Positions 31,896-42,152 of a stretch of 64,000 nucleotides of DNA are shown here, in pieces. Location of the stretch: the NCBI GenBank assembly GCA_963733035.1, contig CAVTBU010000004.1, forward strand, positions 1 through 64,000. Direction: 5' to 3'. The DNA is from Pirellulales bacterium (GTDB lineage: Bacteria > Planctomycetota > Planctomycetia > Pirellulales > PALSA-1355). Position 1 is the stretch's first letter; each line of letters begins with the position of its first letter. The notes beneath the pieces were generated by a model that did no database searches, was not told the DNA's origin, and worked only from the letters and a program-made list of their open reading frames with translations. Both the position numbers and the translations under genes were made by a program.

Positions 31896-32114
31896 GGCTG
31901 TGGCAAGCAGTTCTGGTCATCTCCAAATGAGTTGCCGCTATGCGACAAATGCCGCAAGTCGGCCGAAACTGTCACCATTGCGCTATCGGTTCGTGAACGC
32001 AAACGGCTCAAAGCGCAGGCGACGATACGCGATTGCTCAGTTGAGCAGGTTCTCCGCGAGGCGATCACCGCATTCTGCGACCAGGGGAAGGGTGAGCCTA
32101 AAGTCAACAAGTAA
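31896..32114 (+). pseudogene. 5'-truncated paralogue of the Zn-finger/RHH gene at 3655
   Basis: GCGKQFWSSPNELPLCDKCRKSAETVTIALSVRERKRLKAQATIRDC. Confidence 0.65.
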
Positions 32115-32384
32115 TGTTCCCGGCATAAAGGAAGCGCGGCGATATCGCCGCTCAACTCGGGCAGTCGCTCAAGCCGTGACTGCTTAGCTCGGCTATACTG
32201 GCCGTATGAGCGACAAGCCACCTAGCACTGACTTAGTAGCGAAAACGAGATTAAAATGGCATTAAGCCGATTGCCGGACAGGACAAACGCGGCCGATTCT
32301 ATGAAGTCGAGATCCCGAGCTACTGGTAACAGCGTCGACGCACGATGTTTGAGCTGGCGATGAGCCAGGCGAGCGACGGCGCAG

Positions 32385-33467
32385 TCAAGCAGATGTGATC
32401 TTACGCCGACGCATGGCAAAGACGGTGAGTCCGATAAGCCCCATCACTGCGAGCGCGATGCTGGAGGGCTCGGGGACGGCCAACACGTCGATCGAGAAGG
32501 ACAGGCTCTGAGATGTAGCATAGGAGTAGTTCTTCGTGGTTGTTTGCTGGGCAGCAGAAATGCCAAGAAACCTCGACGCCACCACGTTGTTCAGGACCGT
32601 CAAATCGGCAGTAATTCCGGGTACGGTTTTGTCCGTGAGAGTTCCGGCCAGTTGAAAGCCGGCCAGCGTGAAGTCATAGACCCCTGGCACCGGTAAATTG
32701 ACCATCACGCCGTTGGAGCCTGCCAGCGAAACGGGCACCATGCCCGTGACCGCCGGCATTGTCGCGTGATGGTACATCAGCATGGCACCGATGCTTGATC
32801 CAACGTCTACCGTCGAGGTGCCCGTGACCGTCGGCGTGGCACCAGCTGTACCCACGTCGACCAACGGTACGGCGATGCCAACGGCGACGCGTCCTGCTGA
32901 GGCGGTGTCGCTGTCGCTGAGCGAGGACCCCAGTGCTCCACTGTTGCTACCGGAAGTTGCGATTGACAAATCCGTATCCAGCACGTTCACCGGAATACTG
33001 AAATTGCTCCCGATAATTGGGTCCAGAAAAACGTCCGCGCCGGCCGTGAACGCCACGCCGGGCGACGTGTCGGAGAAGGTGTTCGACAGCCCGGATTGCT
33101 GAAAGCTGATCGTCGCCATCCCAGGCGCAGCGAGCTGGTCGGGGTGGTCGATCGAGATCCTCGATTTGTGTGACGCTTGGAAGGCTCCCACCGTGGCGAA
33201 CGAAAAACCGGCCGAGAAATTAACGCCCGTCACGGAGGCAACTCCCAGATTGATATTCAGAGGCACCGACTTGCTGGCGTTAAAGCCGGTTGCCGGCGGC
33301 GCCGCGGAGCTGTAGGAGAGCGTCACGTCACTTTGCACCAGCGACCCGACAACTCGATCCGCGCTAGCGACAAGCGACCATTGCGCGGCGATGAAAAGCG
33401 CCAAGAACGTCGCTGGTCTGGATAGTGGCCTCATGCTCGCGAATCTAAAGGTTGACTTATCCATCAT
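32385..33467 (-). CDS. PEP-CTERM secreted protein
   Basis: Signal peptide; VPEPSSIALAVMG...MRRRK. Confidence 0.85.
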   Translation of the reverse strand: MMDKSTFRFASMRPLSRPATFLALFIAAQWSLVASADRVVGSLVQSDVTLSYSSAAPPATGFNASKSVPLNINLGVASVTGVNFSAGFSFATVGAFQASHKSRISIDHPDQLAAPGMATISFQQSGLSNTFSDTSPGVAFTAGADVFLDPIIGSNFSIPVNVLDTDLSIATSGSNSGALGSSLSDSDTASAGRVAVGIAVPLVDVGTAGATPTVTGTSTVDVGSSIGAMLMYHHATMPAVTGMVPVSLAGSNGVMVNLPVPGVYDFTLAGFQLAGTLTDKTVPGITADLTVLNNVVASRFLGISAAQQTTTKNYSYATSQSLSFSIDVLAVPEPSSIALAVMGLIGLTVFAMRRRKITSA

Positions 33468-34309
33468 ATCTCTCCCTTAAGGAGGCTAGCGCACAGGGCG
33501 CCGCGGTGCGTATTTCGAAACCGTTTGTCTGCGACCTGCTCCGGTCAACAGGCGGGGCACTCCGGCACAAGCCGGAAACTAGAAAGGCCTCCGAAGTTCG
33601 CTCCGCTAAGCGGGAGAACCCAGAAGCCTTGAGTGAAAACCAAGCTAGATTAGCGTCGCCTCTTTGGGCTATGACTCCAGCAAATCAGCCTCGCGAGACA
33701 ATAATGAGAAACGAGTTGCTCGTCGTTCGAAGTACACAACTCTCAAATCGTTGAATTTGAAAACTCAAGACAGCGTCAGCGGTGAGAACCGCTTCGCACC
33801 AGCCCATGCTAGCCGCTAGCTGACGTATTGCAAGTAAATTCTCTGTCAAAAGCCGAGACACGAGTCGGCGAGACACGAACGGGCAACTCCACCCACAGAC
33901 AATAAAGTTGGGCCGCGACGGTTCGCGGTCCGATGGTGGCGACCCGGCCATCAGTGAGAAGGGCCGCTGTCGCTGGGCCACGTTCGGCACCGCCAAAGAA
34001 AAAAGCCAGAGCAGAGTTGGCACCCGTCCTGGCTTTTGGCGTTGTACTGAAACTGAAGTAGTGCACTACGCGGCGGCTTTGCGTCGTCGCCACCACGTTG
34101 CGCCGATGGTTAGCCCGAGCAGGGACCAGACGATCAGGCTGGTGGGGTCTGGGACGGCCGCGCATGCAAAGCCGGGCGCGGTATGCCATCCTGATAATCA
34201 ATGTGACTGATTGCCCAAGGTAGTGCACCACGGCTGAAAACCGGCGTGTTACGCGGTCATGACACGACGTGATCGACTTCAGAGCTCGTCAATAATACGG
34301 GTGGCCTCG

Positions 34310-35745
34310 TCAGTTCCAATCCAGAACACTCCCCACCACCACTTCCTGCGGCTGGTTCAGCATGTCACCAGCCAGGCGGACAGCCATTTCCAATGCATCA
34401 GGGCCGTCATCGTGGTCTCCGTTCGGGAAGTCCCGAAGCTGCTCGACCAATAACCGGGCTCCAGGCGAATCCCCTTTGAACCGTATCCGTCCTTGAGCCA
34501 GATAGGGAGTCAAGCGGCGAATCCGCACGGCCTTGTTCACGCGATTGTCCAGCGTATAGAGCGGGAGCAGAACGTCTCGTTCCCGGCTCAACCGGTTCAA
34601 CTCGTCAGCCAAAAGCTGTTGGAATTGGTTCACCTCGACGCCAAAGCCATCCGGCCGAAACCCGCGCTGAATCTCCAGGGCCGTTTCCCCGATGATCGCC
34701 GTATTGCGGATCGCCAGGTCCGCGTCGACGTACAGCACTCCGTCGCGCCCCAGCATCATCATCGCGAACGCCGAGTAGTCTCCGAACTTCGCATCGGTCC
34801 CCTTGCTGGGATCAAGCGCCACGGTCTTGATCGACCACTCCCTGGGCCATTCGTCGAACCAGACGTGCGGACCAAAGTATTCACTCGGCCATTCGGCTCC
34901 GCCCTCGGCCTGAGGATTCTGCTGGTAGAGTGACTGCCAGTAGTACGCCGTGCGCGCTGATTTGGCAGCCTCCAGTCGTTCGATCGAGTACATCTCCGGC
35001 CAAAGTGCTTCTCCTGGCTCTCTGCCTAGCAAGTCGTGCTCTTCGGCAATGGCTGGGAACTTCACCTGTCGCCAGTTCTGGCCCTTGCGGTGGGCCTGCT
35101 CGAGGATCCGCCCGGTCAGGTCATCTCGATGCCAGCGGGTCTGAATAACGATAACCAGTCCACCAGGTCGCAGACGTGTGGTAGCCACCGACTGCCACCA
35201 TTCCCATTGCCGCTGCCGGGCGCTGGCGCTGCGTGCCTCTTCGTCGTTCTTGATCGGATCGTCGACGATCAAGCAGGTGGGCGCCTTTGCCGGTGATCGG
35301 ACCTCCCACGCCGGCCGTCATCATGCCGCCCCCCAACCCCTCAATCTCCCAGCGGCTGGCGGCCGACGAGCTGCGCGACACACGCACGCCAAACAGCTGA
35401 CCATGCTGGTCCAATAAGTCGCGTGCCTTGCGTCCCCAGCTGGCCGCGAAGTCGGCCTCGTAGCTGGTCAGGATCACGCGTCGGTCGGGATGGACACCCA
35501 GATACCAGGCCGGCAGGTACTTGCTGCACAGTTCGCTCTTGCCATGCTGGGGTGGCATCGACACGACCAGGCCTTCCTGCTTACCGGCAGCCGCCGCATC
35601 GATCGACTGCGCAATGGCTGTATCCAGATAGGCCAAGTGCCGGGCCGGACGCCAAGCTCCCTCAGTCACCAGCTGGGCGAACATCCCCGGGCTGGTCGAG
35701 GCTAAGAGTCGCTCCAGCTGGGCCAATTGCGGGACGCTGTTCAAG
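34310..35745 (-). CDS. Terminase large subunit 2 (frameshift near 35272; start approximate)
   Basis: SMPPQHGKS Walker A, ITGKGA..IVDDP Walker B, QTRWH, ALDPS and HDDGPDA motifs. Confidence 0.85.
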
Positions 35746-36246
35746 GCTGGCGATGAGCGCAACGACTTGTGATCGACGTTCTTCGAAGGTGACGTTGGAA
35801 CGGGCATGGCTGCCGGACTCCATGGAAGCCGGGCGCGAGATCGAGACCAAGCAAGCGCACGACGCGTGGCGATGCACTGATTCACCAGGGCCAGGAAACG
35901 CGGGTCGCCGTACTGATTGCGGATTCGTCTTGCGATTGGGGCGGTTTGAGCCATCGCCCGCCAGGTCTGCCGACTGCTGGGGTTTCTGGGACCGCTCCCA
36001 GGCCTGCCAGGCTTCCTGCTCGATCAGCGCCAGCTTCTGCAGCTCATGTTGCCGGCAGAGGTCAAAATCTCGGACAGCGTCGGCCCGCCACTGTTTTTCA
36101 ATGATCTTGAGATCGCCGCATACGGTGGCCTGGGATACGCCCAGGCGCTCAGCGATCTTCGTCTGCGTGTAGCCCTGGATATGGAGCTGCGCCACTTCCT
36201 TGCGGCGGGATGCCAGCTCGGTCCGTTTACTGGTTTTTTTGATCAA
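35662..36246 (-). CDS. HTH protein, putative terminase small subunit 2 (frameshifted)
   Basis: AAGGAG RBS + TTG start; GYTQTKIAERLGVSQATV HTH; GDPRFL; paralogue of 38857-39423; overlaps terL. Confidence 0.65.
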   Translation of the reverse strand: MIKKTSKRTELASRRKEVAQLHIQGYTQTKIAERLGVSQATVCGDLKIIEKQWRADAVRDFDLCRQHELQKLALIEQEAWQAWERSQKPQQSADLAGDGSNRPNRKTNPQSVRRPAFPGPGESVHRHASCACLVSISRPASMESGSHARSNVTFEERRSQVVALIASLEQRPAIGPAGATLSLDQPGDVRPAGD

Positions 36247-36260
36247 GGTGATCTCCTTGT

Positions 36261-36912
36261 TCAAACAATCTGGGCGAACAGGTTCCCCAAAGCTTCGTCG
36301 TCGTCCACCGCCACATGCAGGTAGCCGCTGGTGATCGTGATATTCGAGTGACCAGCAGCGTCGCGGACCTCGGCCAGCGTGCGGCCACCAGCCAGTGCGT
36401 GGCTCAGGAACGTGTGGCGGCCATGGTGAATCGTAAGCGTGGCCAAACGATTGGGACCCAGCACTTTGCACGCTGTCCGAAAGCGCTTGCGAAGCGTATG
36501 ACGCGATAGAGGCGTCGGTTCATGGCCGGGTCTGAGCGATGCGAGATAGACCGCACTCCGACTTCGCTCCCTGCACAATGCGATGCTTCTTCCAGGCTGC
36601 CAGGTCGGCCAGTGTTCCCGCGTCCCACCACAGCGGAACAATGCGTGGTCGGCCACCCTTGGCCGCCCCGGCCCGAATGCGCAAATGTGGTCGCGGCAGT
36701 TCCGTTCGCACGTCGCCTACCTGCAACTGGGCGATCTCGCTAGCCCTGAGGCCACAGCACGCCGCCAGGCGAAAGAGGACTAGGTTCATGCGGGTATTCG
36801 GCGAACGCGGTGCCTTGCGCGCCAGGTCGGCCAACACGGCCCCGACTTCGCGGCGCGTGAGGATCTTCGTGGGGTCGGCGGTTCGTGATCGGTAGATCGA
36901 CATGGTCTTCAC
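36261..36912 (-). CDS. Minimal (catalytic-domain-only) tyrosine recombinase, frameshift near 36560
   Basis: GLRASE (R), AKGG (K), HHGRHT (HxxR), AGHS (H) and SGY (Y); ~215 aa with no N-terminal binding domain. Confidence 0.85.
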
Positions 36913-37336
36913 CTTTTTGCGGAGGATTCTGGATTGCTCTTAGCACGGCGCTTGCCGCGTCGCGCTGTCAGTCAGTTACCTCCGTTTGCCACCAAGCTCA
37001 AGCGAGTTCGGACCCAGTTCGCCCATGTTGGGTCCTTCCTCGTAGCACACTTTATGCTTGAACGAGCGCACCCGGTCGCCGGCGAACCCGATACCATAGA
37101 GTCGATATGGCGGCCGGGATTTTGGCGTTTTAGAAGCCTTTGGAGCACCGCTGGCGAATTGCCAAGCGCACTGCGGCCATGTAGCAAACCGTTTCACGCC
37201 AGGCGGTTTTGCCTTGTCCCTTCGGAATTGGTCGAGTTGAAGACCTTTTACCGTTGGCGCACAAGTCGCCCCAAATGACATCTAAGTAGCGGCTACATCG
37301 GGCCTAGATCACGCTAAGTCAGGGCAACTTGGGGCC

Positions 37337-37359
37337 AATTCGCCAGGAAGTGGCGAATT
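37337..37359 (-). terminator. Hairpin downstream of terL1
   Basis: AATTCGCCA-GGAAG-TGGCGAATT; no clear T-run. Confidence 0.35.
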
Positions 37360-37379
37360 TCACCGGGCCTACGCCCCAC

Positions 37380-38900
37380 TCAATTCAAGCCAGGCCGCAG
37401 AAGAACAGGCTCGATGTGCATGATGCCGCCGGCCATACCGTATTGAGCGTGTCCCGCCGCGTAGGCGGCCGCATCGATCTGGTCGGACGGTTCTTCCTCG
37501 AGGCCCGTCCAGGCCAGCCATTCCTGTTCCAGGTCGGCCAGCCAGGTGCTGTTGGCACTGGGGAAGAAGATCTGGCCCTGTTCGAGCTTCGTGAGCAACG
37601 GCGTCGCCCGCTCCACCTTGCCCGGCCGGCCGCTCTGGCCACGCATGTACTGCGTGACCGGGTTGACCAGCTCCGCATTGAATTCGCCTCGGAGCTCATG
37701 GTACAGCGGTGGCCCGTGATGCGCGTTTTCCACCAACACCACGCTCGGCCGCCAGTCGCGCAGTGTACGCCGCACGCCAGCCTTCAGCCCGTCCCAGTTG
37801 ACCCGTTCCCGCCACACGTGCCTCAGAAACATGAACTCGTGCTGCGGCCAGTAATCCCAAACCTGGCATACCGACCAACTCGGTGGCTTTCCCTTACGCT
37901 CCTCCGCCTTCTGCTTGCTGGTGCCGGCCGTGTCGATGGTCGCCAGCCGTGTGCATTCGTGCATATTGATCACGGACCCGAGGGATTCCCGGAACTTGTT
38001 GAGGGGGACCAGGATCTCTCCTCGGACATCGTAGTACCGCAGCCAATCCGGACGAATAATCGCGTCCTCGACGACCGACCAGTCCCCCTGCAGTAGACGG
38101 GCCCGCGTCACGGAAGGTAGATGCAACAGGTTCTGGATGTACTGCTCCCGGTCGATGTGGGGATTGTCGGCCAGCAGGGCCGGCACAAACGCCCGGTCGC
38201 GCTGCTGGGGGTCGGCATAAAATACCCGGGGCTGATCGTCACGTAGCGCCTCCAGCGCCTCATCGGTGATAAAACGGCGTTTCACGTAGAAATGCCCGAT
38301 GTTCCCCGGGTTGCTGGCGGCTCGCATCCGCAAAGGGACCTGCATGCCAGTAGGTTTTCGGAGCCGGCTGAACATAAACTCATACGGATTGTCGTCGCCG
38401 ACTCCCAGTCGGAACTCGGTCAATTCGTCCCAGCCAATGTATTGGTACTCGCTGGACGCGTAGCGATAGCGGTCTTCCGGACTGTCGATGTACCCGAACT
38501 GCAGCACCGCCGATGATGGGAAGCGGTAGGTCTTGCTCTGCGCGTTCCAAACGGCATCCGTCCCCCGCAGCCACTGGTGAGCACGGTCCATGATGGCGTT
38601 GGGGAGCGACAACCGGGGATAATCACGGCGCAGAATCAAGGCCGAGTACCCAGGCACATGGACATACTGTAGCGCCGCCATCAAGAGTGCCTCACTCTTG
38701 CCAGGGCCGGCACCGCCTCCGAATAGTGCTTCGCGGCAGTCCAGGTCCAGGAACGCTTGCTGCTTGGGGAACGGCCGATGCGGGCAGTACTGCTCAAGCC
38801 CTGACTTCGCCTGCGGCGCCAGCGGGCTCATCCGCAGCAGCTCTTCATCGCTGAGCTTAGTCAGCCGCCGCCTCAATTCGTCGAAGTCCATCTGCTTCAT
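37380..38900 (-). CDS. Terminase large subunit 1
   Basis: FGGGAGPGKS Walker A, IGWDE Walker B, ASNPG coupling motif, IDTA and DQIDA nuclease residues. Confidence 0.88.
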   Translation of the reverse strand: MKQMDFDELRRRLTKLSDEELLRMSPLAPQAKSGLEQYCPHRPFPKQQAFLDLDCREALFGGGAGPGKSEALLMAALQYVHVPGYSALILRRDYPRLSLPNAIMDRAHQWLRGTDAVWNAQSKTYRFPSSAVLQFGYIDSPEDRYRYASSEYQYIGWDELTEFRLGVGDDNPYEFMFSRLRKPTGMQVPLRMRAASNPGNIGHFYVKRRFITDEALEALRDDQPRVFYADPQQRDRAFVPALLADNPHIDREQYIQNLLHLPSVTRARLLQGDWSVVEDAIIRPDWLRYYDVRGEILVPLNKFRESLGSVINMHECTRLATIDTAGTSKQKAEERKGKPPSWSVCQVWDYWPQHEFMFLRHVWRERVNWDGLKAGVRRTLRDWRPSVVLVENAHHGPPLYHELRGEFNAELVNPVTQYMRGQSGRPGKVERATPLLTKLEQGQIFFPSANSTWLADLEQEWLAWTGLEEEPSDQIDAAAYAAGHAQYGMAGGIMHIEPVLLRPGLN

Positions 38901-39423
38901 CCACCGTGATGACTTGGGATTGCTTGAGCGCCAGAATAATGGCTTCCACATGCTCGTTCCGCTGTTCGGCGGTCAACGGCACGGGTGCCGGCAACACCGG
39001 CTCGACCTGCGCCGGTGCGTCCAGACCCAAGATGGCCCGGCGCGACGCAATGCACTTATGCACCTGCTCGAGGAACCGAGGATCGCCCACCTGGTTCTTG
39101 ATCGTCCGGTCCGCATTCTGGTCGGACTGCGAAGCCTTGACGCGTGCCTGCTGGGATGGCTTTTGGGAGCGTTCCCAGGCGGCCCAGGCTTCTCGCTCGA
39201 GGCGATCGATCTTCTGCAGCTCCATGGTCACCCGGGCGTCGAAGTCCCGGATCGTCGAAGCGCGCCATTGCTGCTGAATCCGCTTGAGGTCGTTGGAAAT
39301 CGTCGATTGGGCAGCCTGCAAGTGCTCGGCGATTGCGCCCTGGGCCCAGCCCTTGAGATACAGGTCGGCCACCTGCTGGCGTCGCTGGGTGACGATGAAT
39401 TGGCGACGCGTGCGCTCACCCAT
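38857..39423 (-). CDS. HTH protein, putative terminase small subunit 1
   Basis: GWAQGAIAEHLQAAQSTISNDL HTH; GDPRFL; RRAILGLDAP; overlaps terL1. Confidence 0.65.
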   Translation of the reverse strand: MGERTRRQFIVTQRRQQVADLYLKGWAQGAIAEHLQAAQSTISNDLKRIQQQWRASTIRDFDARVTMELQKIDRLEREAWAAWERSQKPSQQARVKASQSDQNADRTIKNQVGDPRFLEQVHKCIASRRAILGLDAPAQVEPVLPAPVPLTAEQRNEHVEAIILALKQSQVITVDEADGLRRIEAAAD

Positions 39424-39662
39424 GGGATGCCTCGGCCAGGCGTAGAAGTCCTCGCAAGTCAAGCAGGATTTCGTGCATCTCAGAAGCTTAACACAGCCAC
39501 CACGACCGGCCCCGACCGAATGCGCCAGAGTTCCCCGGTCGAGCGCCAAAGCGTGGAATTCTTTTGCCTCCTGGCCAGAACCGCGCTTGATGTTCCCCAC
39601 CCGTCATGGCTGTGTGTGACTGTCCGAGCGGGACATTCCCACACAAACCAGGAGCAAAACCA

Positions 39663-39917
39663 ATGATGAACGCAAACAACGACAACCATGAATCCGGGGC
39701 GGTCGACCAGGAGGCCTTCGAGAAGGTGATCCAGGACAACCTTTCGCCCGAAGGCGTGGCCACGATCATCGCTTTCCTGCAGCCGGCGGCGTTCCACAAA
39801 CCGGCCCATGAAGGAGCGCTGCGCGGCTTGCGACAGGCCGAATGGTTCGCCAACACGCTCACGGAGATGCTGGGCGTCGACGAGCTGAACCGCCTGATGG
39901 AAGAACTGGGGCTGTAA
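39663..39917 (+). CDS. Hypothetical protein
   Basis: AGGAG RBS; acidic helical protein of ~84 aa. Confidence 0.6.
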   Translation: MMNANNDNHESGAVDQEAFEKVIQDNLSPEGVATIIAFLQPAAFHKPAHEGALRGLRQAEWFANTLTEMLGVDELNRLMEELGL

Positions 39918-39934
39918 GTCCAAGGGAGGCCACC

Positions 39935-40561
39935 GTGCGCTACTACCTGCAAAACCTGGCACCCGGCACGAGGTTTCGGGTAGCCGGAATGCCAGAGCTC
40001 ACTGGCATACTGGTCCGCTGCTCCGACTCGAGCGCCGTCGTCCGTGTTGATGGCGGCGTGCGCGATGTCGAGTTTGAATCCGCCGACGGCACCTCGAGGC
40101 GTTTTCGCGCCAATCGTTCCATGACCACTACCTGGGCCCCGGCCACGTTGGTCGAGCCCGTTCCCTTTGATGACGAGGAGATTTCCATGTCGCCCAAGAA
40201 GACCACCAAGAACCCTGCTACGGCCGCGAAGAAGACCAAAAACCCGCAGTCCCGAAAACCGGCTGCGAAAAAGACGGCCCAAGCCACTGCCCCGCCGCAG
40301 AAGCCGAAGGCAGCTCGCAGCGCCAAGCCGACGAAGCTCAGCGCACTGGACGCCGCCGCCCAGGTCCTGGCAGCATCGAAGGAACCGCTGAACGCCAAGC
40401 AGATGATCGACGCGATGGCGGCACAGGGCCTGTGGACAAGTCCTGGCGGAAAGACGCCGCACGCCACGCTCTACAGCGCCATCCTGCGTGAGATCGGGAC
40501 GAAGGGCAAAGAAGCCCGCTTCAAGAAAACCGAACGCGGGCACTTCGCCGCGAACGCCTAG
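39935..40561 (+). CDS. HARE-HTH (HB1/ASXL-type winged helix) protein with Lys/Ala-rich linker; second in-frame start at 40187
   Basis: LSALDAAAQVL...GKTPHATLYSAILREI...RFKKTERGHF; RBS before both starts. Confidence 0.75.
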   Translation: MRYYLQNLAPGTRFRVAGMPELTGILVRCSDSSAVVRVDGGVRDVEFESADGTSRRFRANRSMTTTWAPATLVEPVPFDDEEISMSPKKTTKNPATAAKKTKNPQSRKPAAKKTAQATAPPQKPKAARSAKPTKLSALDAAAQVLAASKEPLNAKQMIDAMAAQGLWTSPGGKTPHATLYSAILREIGTKGKEARFKKTERGHFAANA

Positions 40562-40677
40562 CCTTTGCACCAGGGCCCGCCCCAACGCCTCGCGTTCGCC
40601 ACGTCGGGGCGTTTTCTTGTGGGTGGCCCCAACGGCTAGCTGAGGCCATCGTTTGCCACACGGACCAAACGTCGCGT

Positions 40678-41985
40678 TCACTTGGCCACCTCCGAGAGCC
40701 GCTCGGCCTTTTGGCCAGTGAACTTCTCCCACCGCTCGACGATCACGTCACAATAGAGCGGATCGAGTTCCATCAGGTACGCATGCCGGCCGGTTTGTTC
40801 TGCGGCAATCAGCGTCGACCCGCTGCCGCCAAACAGGTCGAGCACGTTCTCGCCCGGGCGTGACGAGTACTGCATCGCGCGAATGGCAAGCTCGACCGGT
40901 TTCTCGGTTAAATGCACCATCGACTGCGGGTTGATCTTCTTCACGCTCCACACGTCGACGGCGTTGTTCGGGCCGAGCCATTGGTGTGCCGCGCCTTCGC
41001 GCCAGCCATAGAAGCACCACTCGTGGTTGCCCATGAAATCCTTGCGGGTCAGCACGGGGTGCTCCTTGACCCAGATGATCGCCTGCGAGAAGTACAGCTC
41101 GCAGGCCTTCAGCACCGGCGGGTAGTTGGCACAGTTCGCATAGCCGCCCCAGATGTAGAACGCACGGCCGGGCTCAAGCACGCGGGCGATGTTACCGAAC
41201 CAGGCGGTCAGCAGTTGGTCGAAAGCCTCGTCCGAGACAAAGTCGTTCGCCAGCGGCCGGTCTTTCGCCCGGAGCTTCTTGCCAGTCGGTTTGGACTTCT
41301 CCGGATGCCGAGCCAGGTCGAGCGACTGGTGGTGCTTCGGACCGGCGAACGAACTCAGGCCGGCGGCGATGGCGTTGTTGCTGCGTGGCTCGACTTTGAC
41401 GTTATACGGCGGGTCGGTATTGACCAGGTGAATCTTGGACCCATCGAGCAGGCGGTCCAAGTCCTCGGCCTTGCTCGAGTCGCCACACAGGAGCCGGTGG
41501 TTCCCCAGGATCCACAGGTCGCCCGAATGCGTCGTGGCCTCGTCGGGAGGTGCAGGCACGTCATCCGGGTCGCACTGGCCTTCTTTGAGATCGGGATTGA
41601 GTATCTTGATCAGCTCGTCCTGATCGAATCCAAGTAGCGCCAAATCGAACTCCATCTCCTCCAAAGCGGCCAGTTCGATCGGCAGAAGCTCGAAGTCCCA
41701 CTCGGCGAGCTGGGCGGTCTGATTGTCGGCAATGCGGTACGCCCGGATCTGAGCTTCTGATAAATCCGTCGCGACGTGCACTGGTACTTGTTCGAGGCCC
41801 AATTTACAGGCCGCCTTCCAGCGGGTGTGCCCCACAATGATCACGCCGGCCTCATCGACCACGATCGGCTGGCGGAACCCGAACTCGCGCAGCGATGTTG
41901 CCACTGCGTCGACCGCCTCGTCGTTGTGCCTGGGATTGGCTTCGTAGGGCCGGATTTGCGAAACCTTGCGTAATTGGACTTCCAC
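40678..41985 (-). CDS. ParB-domain / N6-N4 DNA methyltransferase
   Basis: PYEANPR, FGFRQPIVVD and GHTR (ParB); TDPPYN and DLFGGSGST (MTase). Confidence 0.9.
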   Translation of the reverse strand: MEVQLRKVSQIRPYEANPRHNDEAVDAVATSLREFGFRQPIVVDEAGVIIVGHTRWKAACKLGLEQVPVHVATDLSEAQIRAYRIADNQTAQLAEWDFELLPIELAALEEMEFDLALLGFDQDELIKILNPDLKEGQCDPDDVPAPPDEATTHSGDLWILGNHRLLCGDSSKAEDLDRLLDGSKIHLVNTDPPYNVKVEPRSNNAIAAGLSSFAGPKHHQSLDLARHPEKSKPTGKKLRAKDRPLANDFVSDEAFDQLLTAWFGNIARVLEPGRAFYIWGGYANCANYPPVLKACELYFSQAIIWVKEHPVLTRKDFMGNHEWCFYGWREGAAHQWLGPNNAVDVWSVKKINPQSMVHLTEKPVELAIRAMQYSSRPGENVLDLFGGSGSTLIAAEQTGRHAYLMELDPLYCDVIVERWEKFTGQKAERLSEVAK

Positions 41986-42033
41986 ATCAGACTCCCTTGA
42001 GGTGCCAACTCTGCTCACTCCAAGGCCGCGGCT

Positions 42034-42124
42034 GGAACCATCGGAACCTTGGAACCACACTTCCGGTTTGTTCACCTATGCGCTGCGCGTAAGGACTTAT
42101 CTGGCTTTCAGGTTCCAAAGTTCC
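42034..42124. repeat. GGAACC iteron-like repeats, candidate replication origin
   Basis: GGAACC at 42034, 42043 and 42051; inverted GGTTCC at 42111 and GTTCC at 42120; lies just after the helicase gene. Confidence 0.5.
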
Positions 42125-42152
42125 AATCCTTCCGCCCCGCAACGATCGAGCC

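Noticed and set aside
33480..33650. Riboswitch upstream of the PEP-CTERM gene (also hairpins at 2395-2480)
   Set aside because: Hairpins are present but I recognise no aptamer consensus; an Rfam scan would be needed.
493..36912. Classical integron (IntI + attC cassettes)
   Set aside because: The repeats are transposase-derived and 330-750 bp long with no RYYYAAC/GTTRRRY attC layout. The tyrosine recombinase is too short and lacks the IntI insertion.
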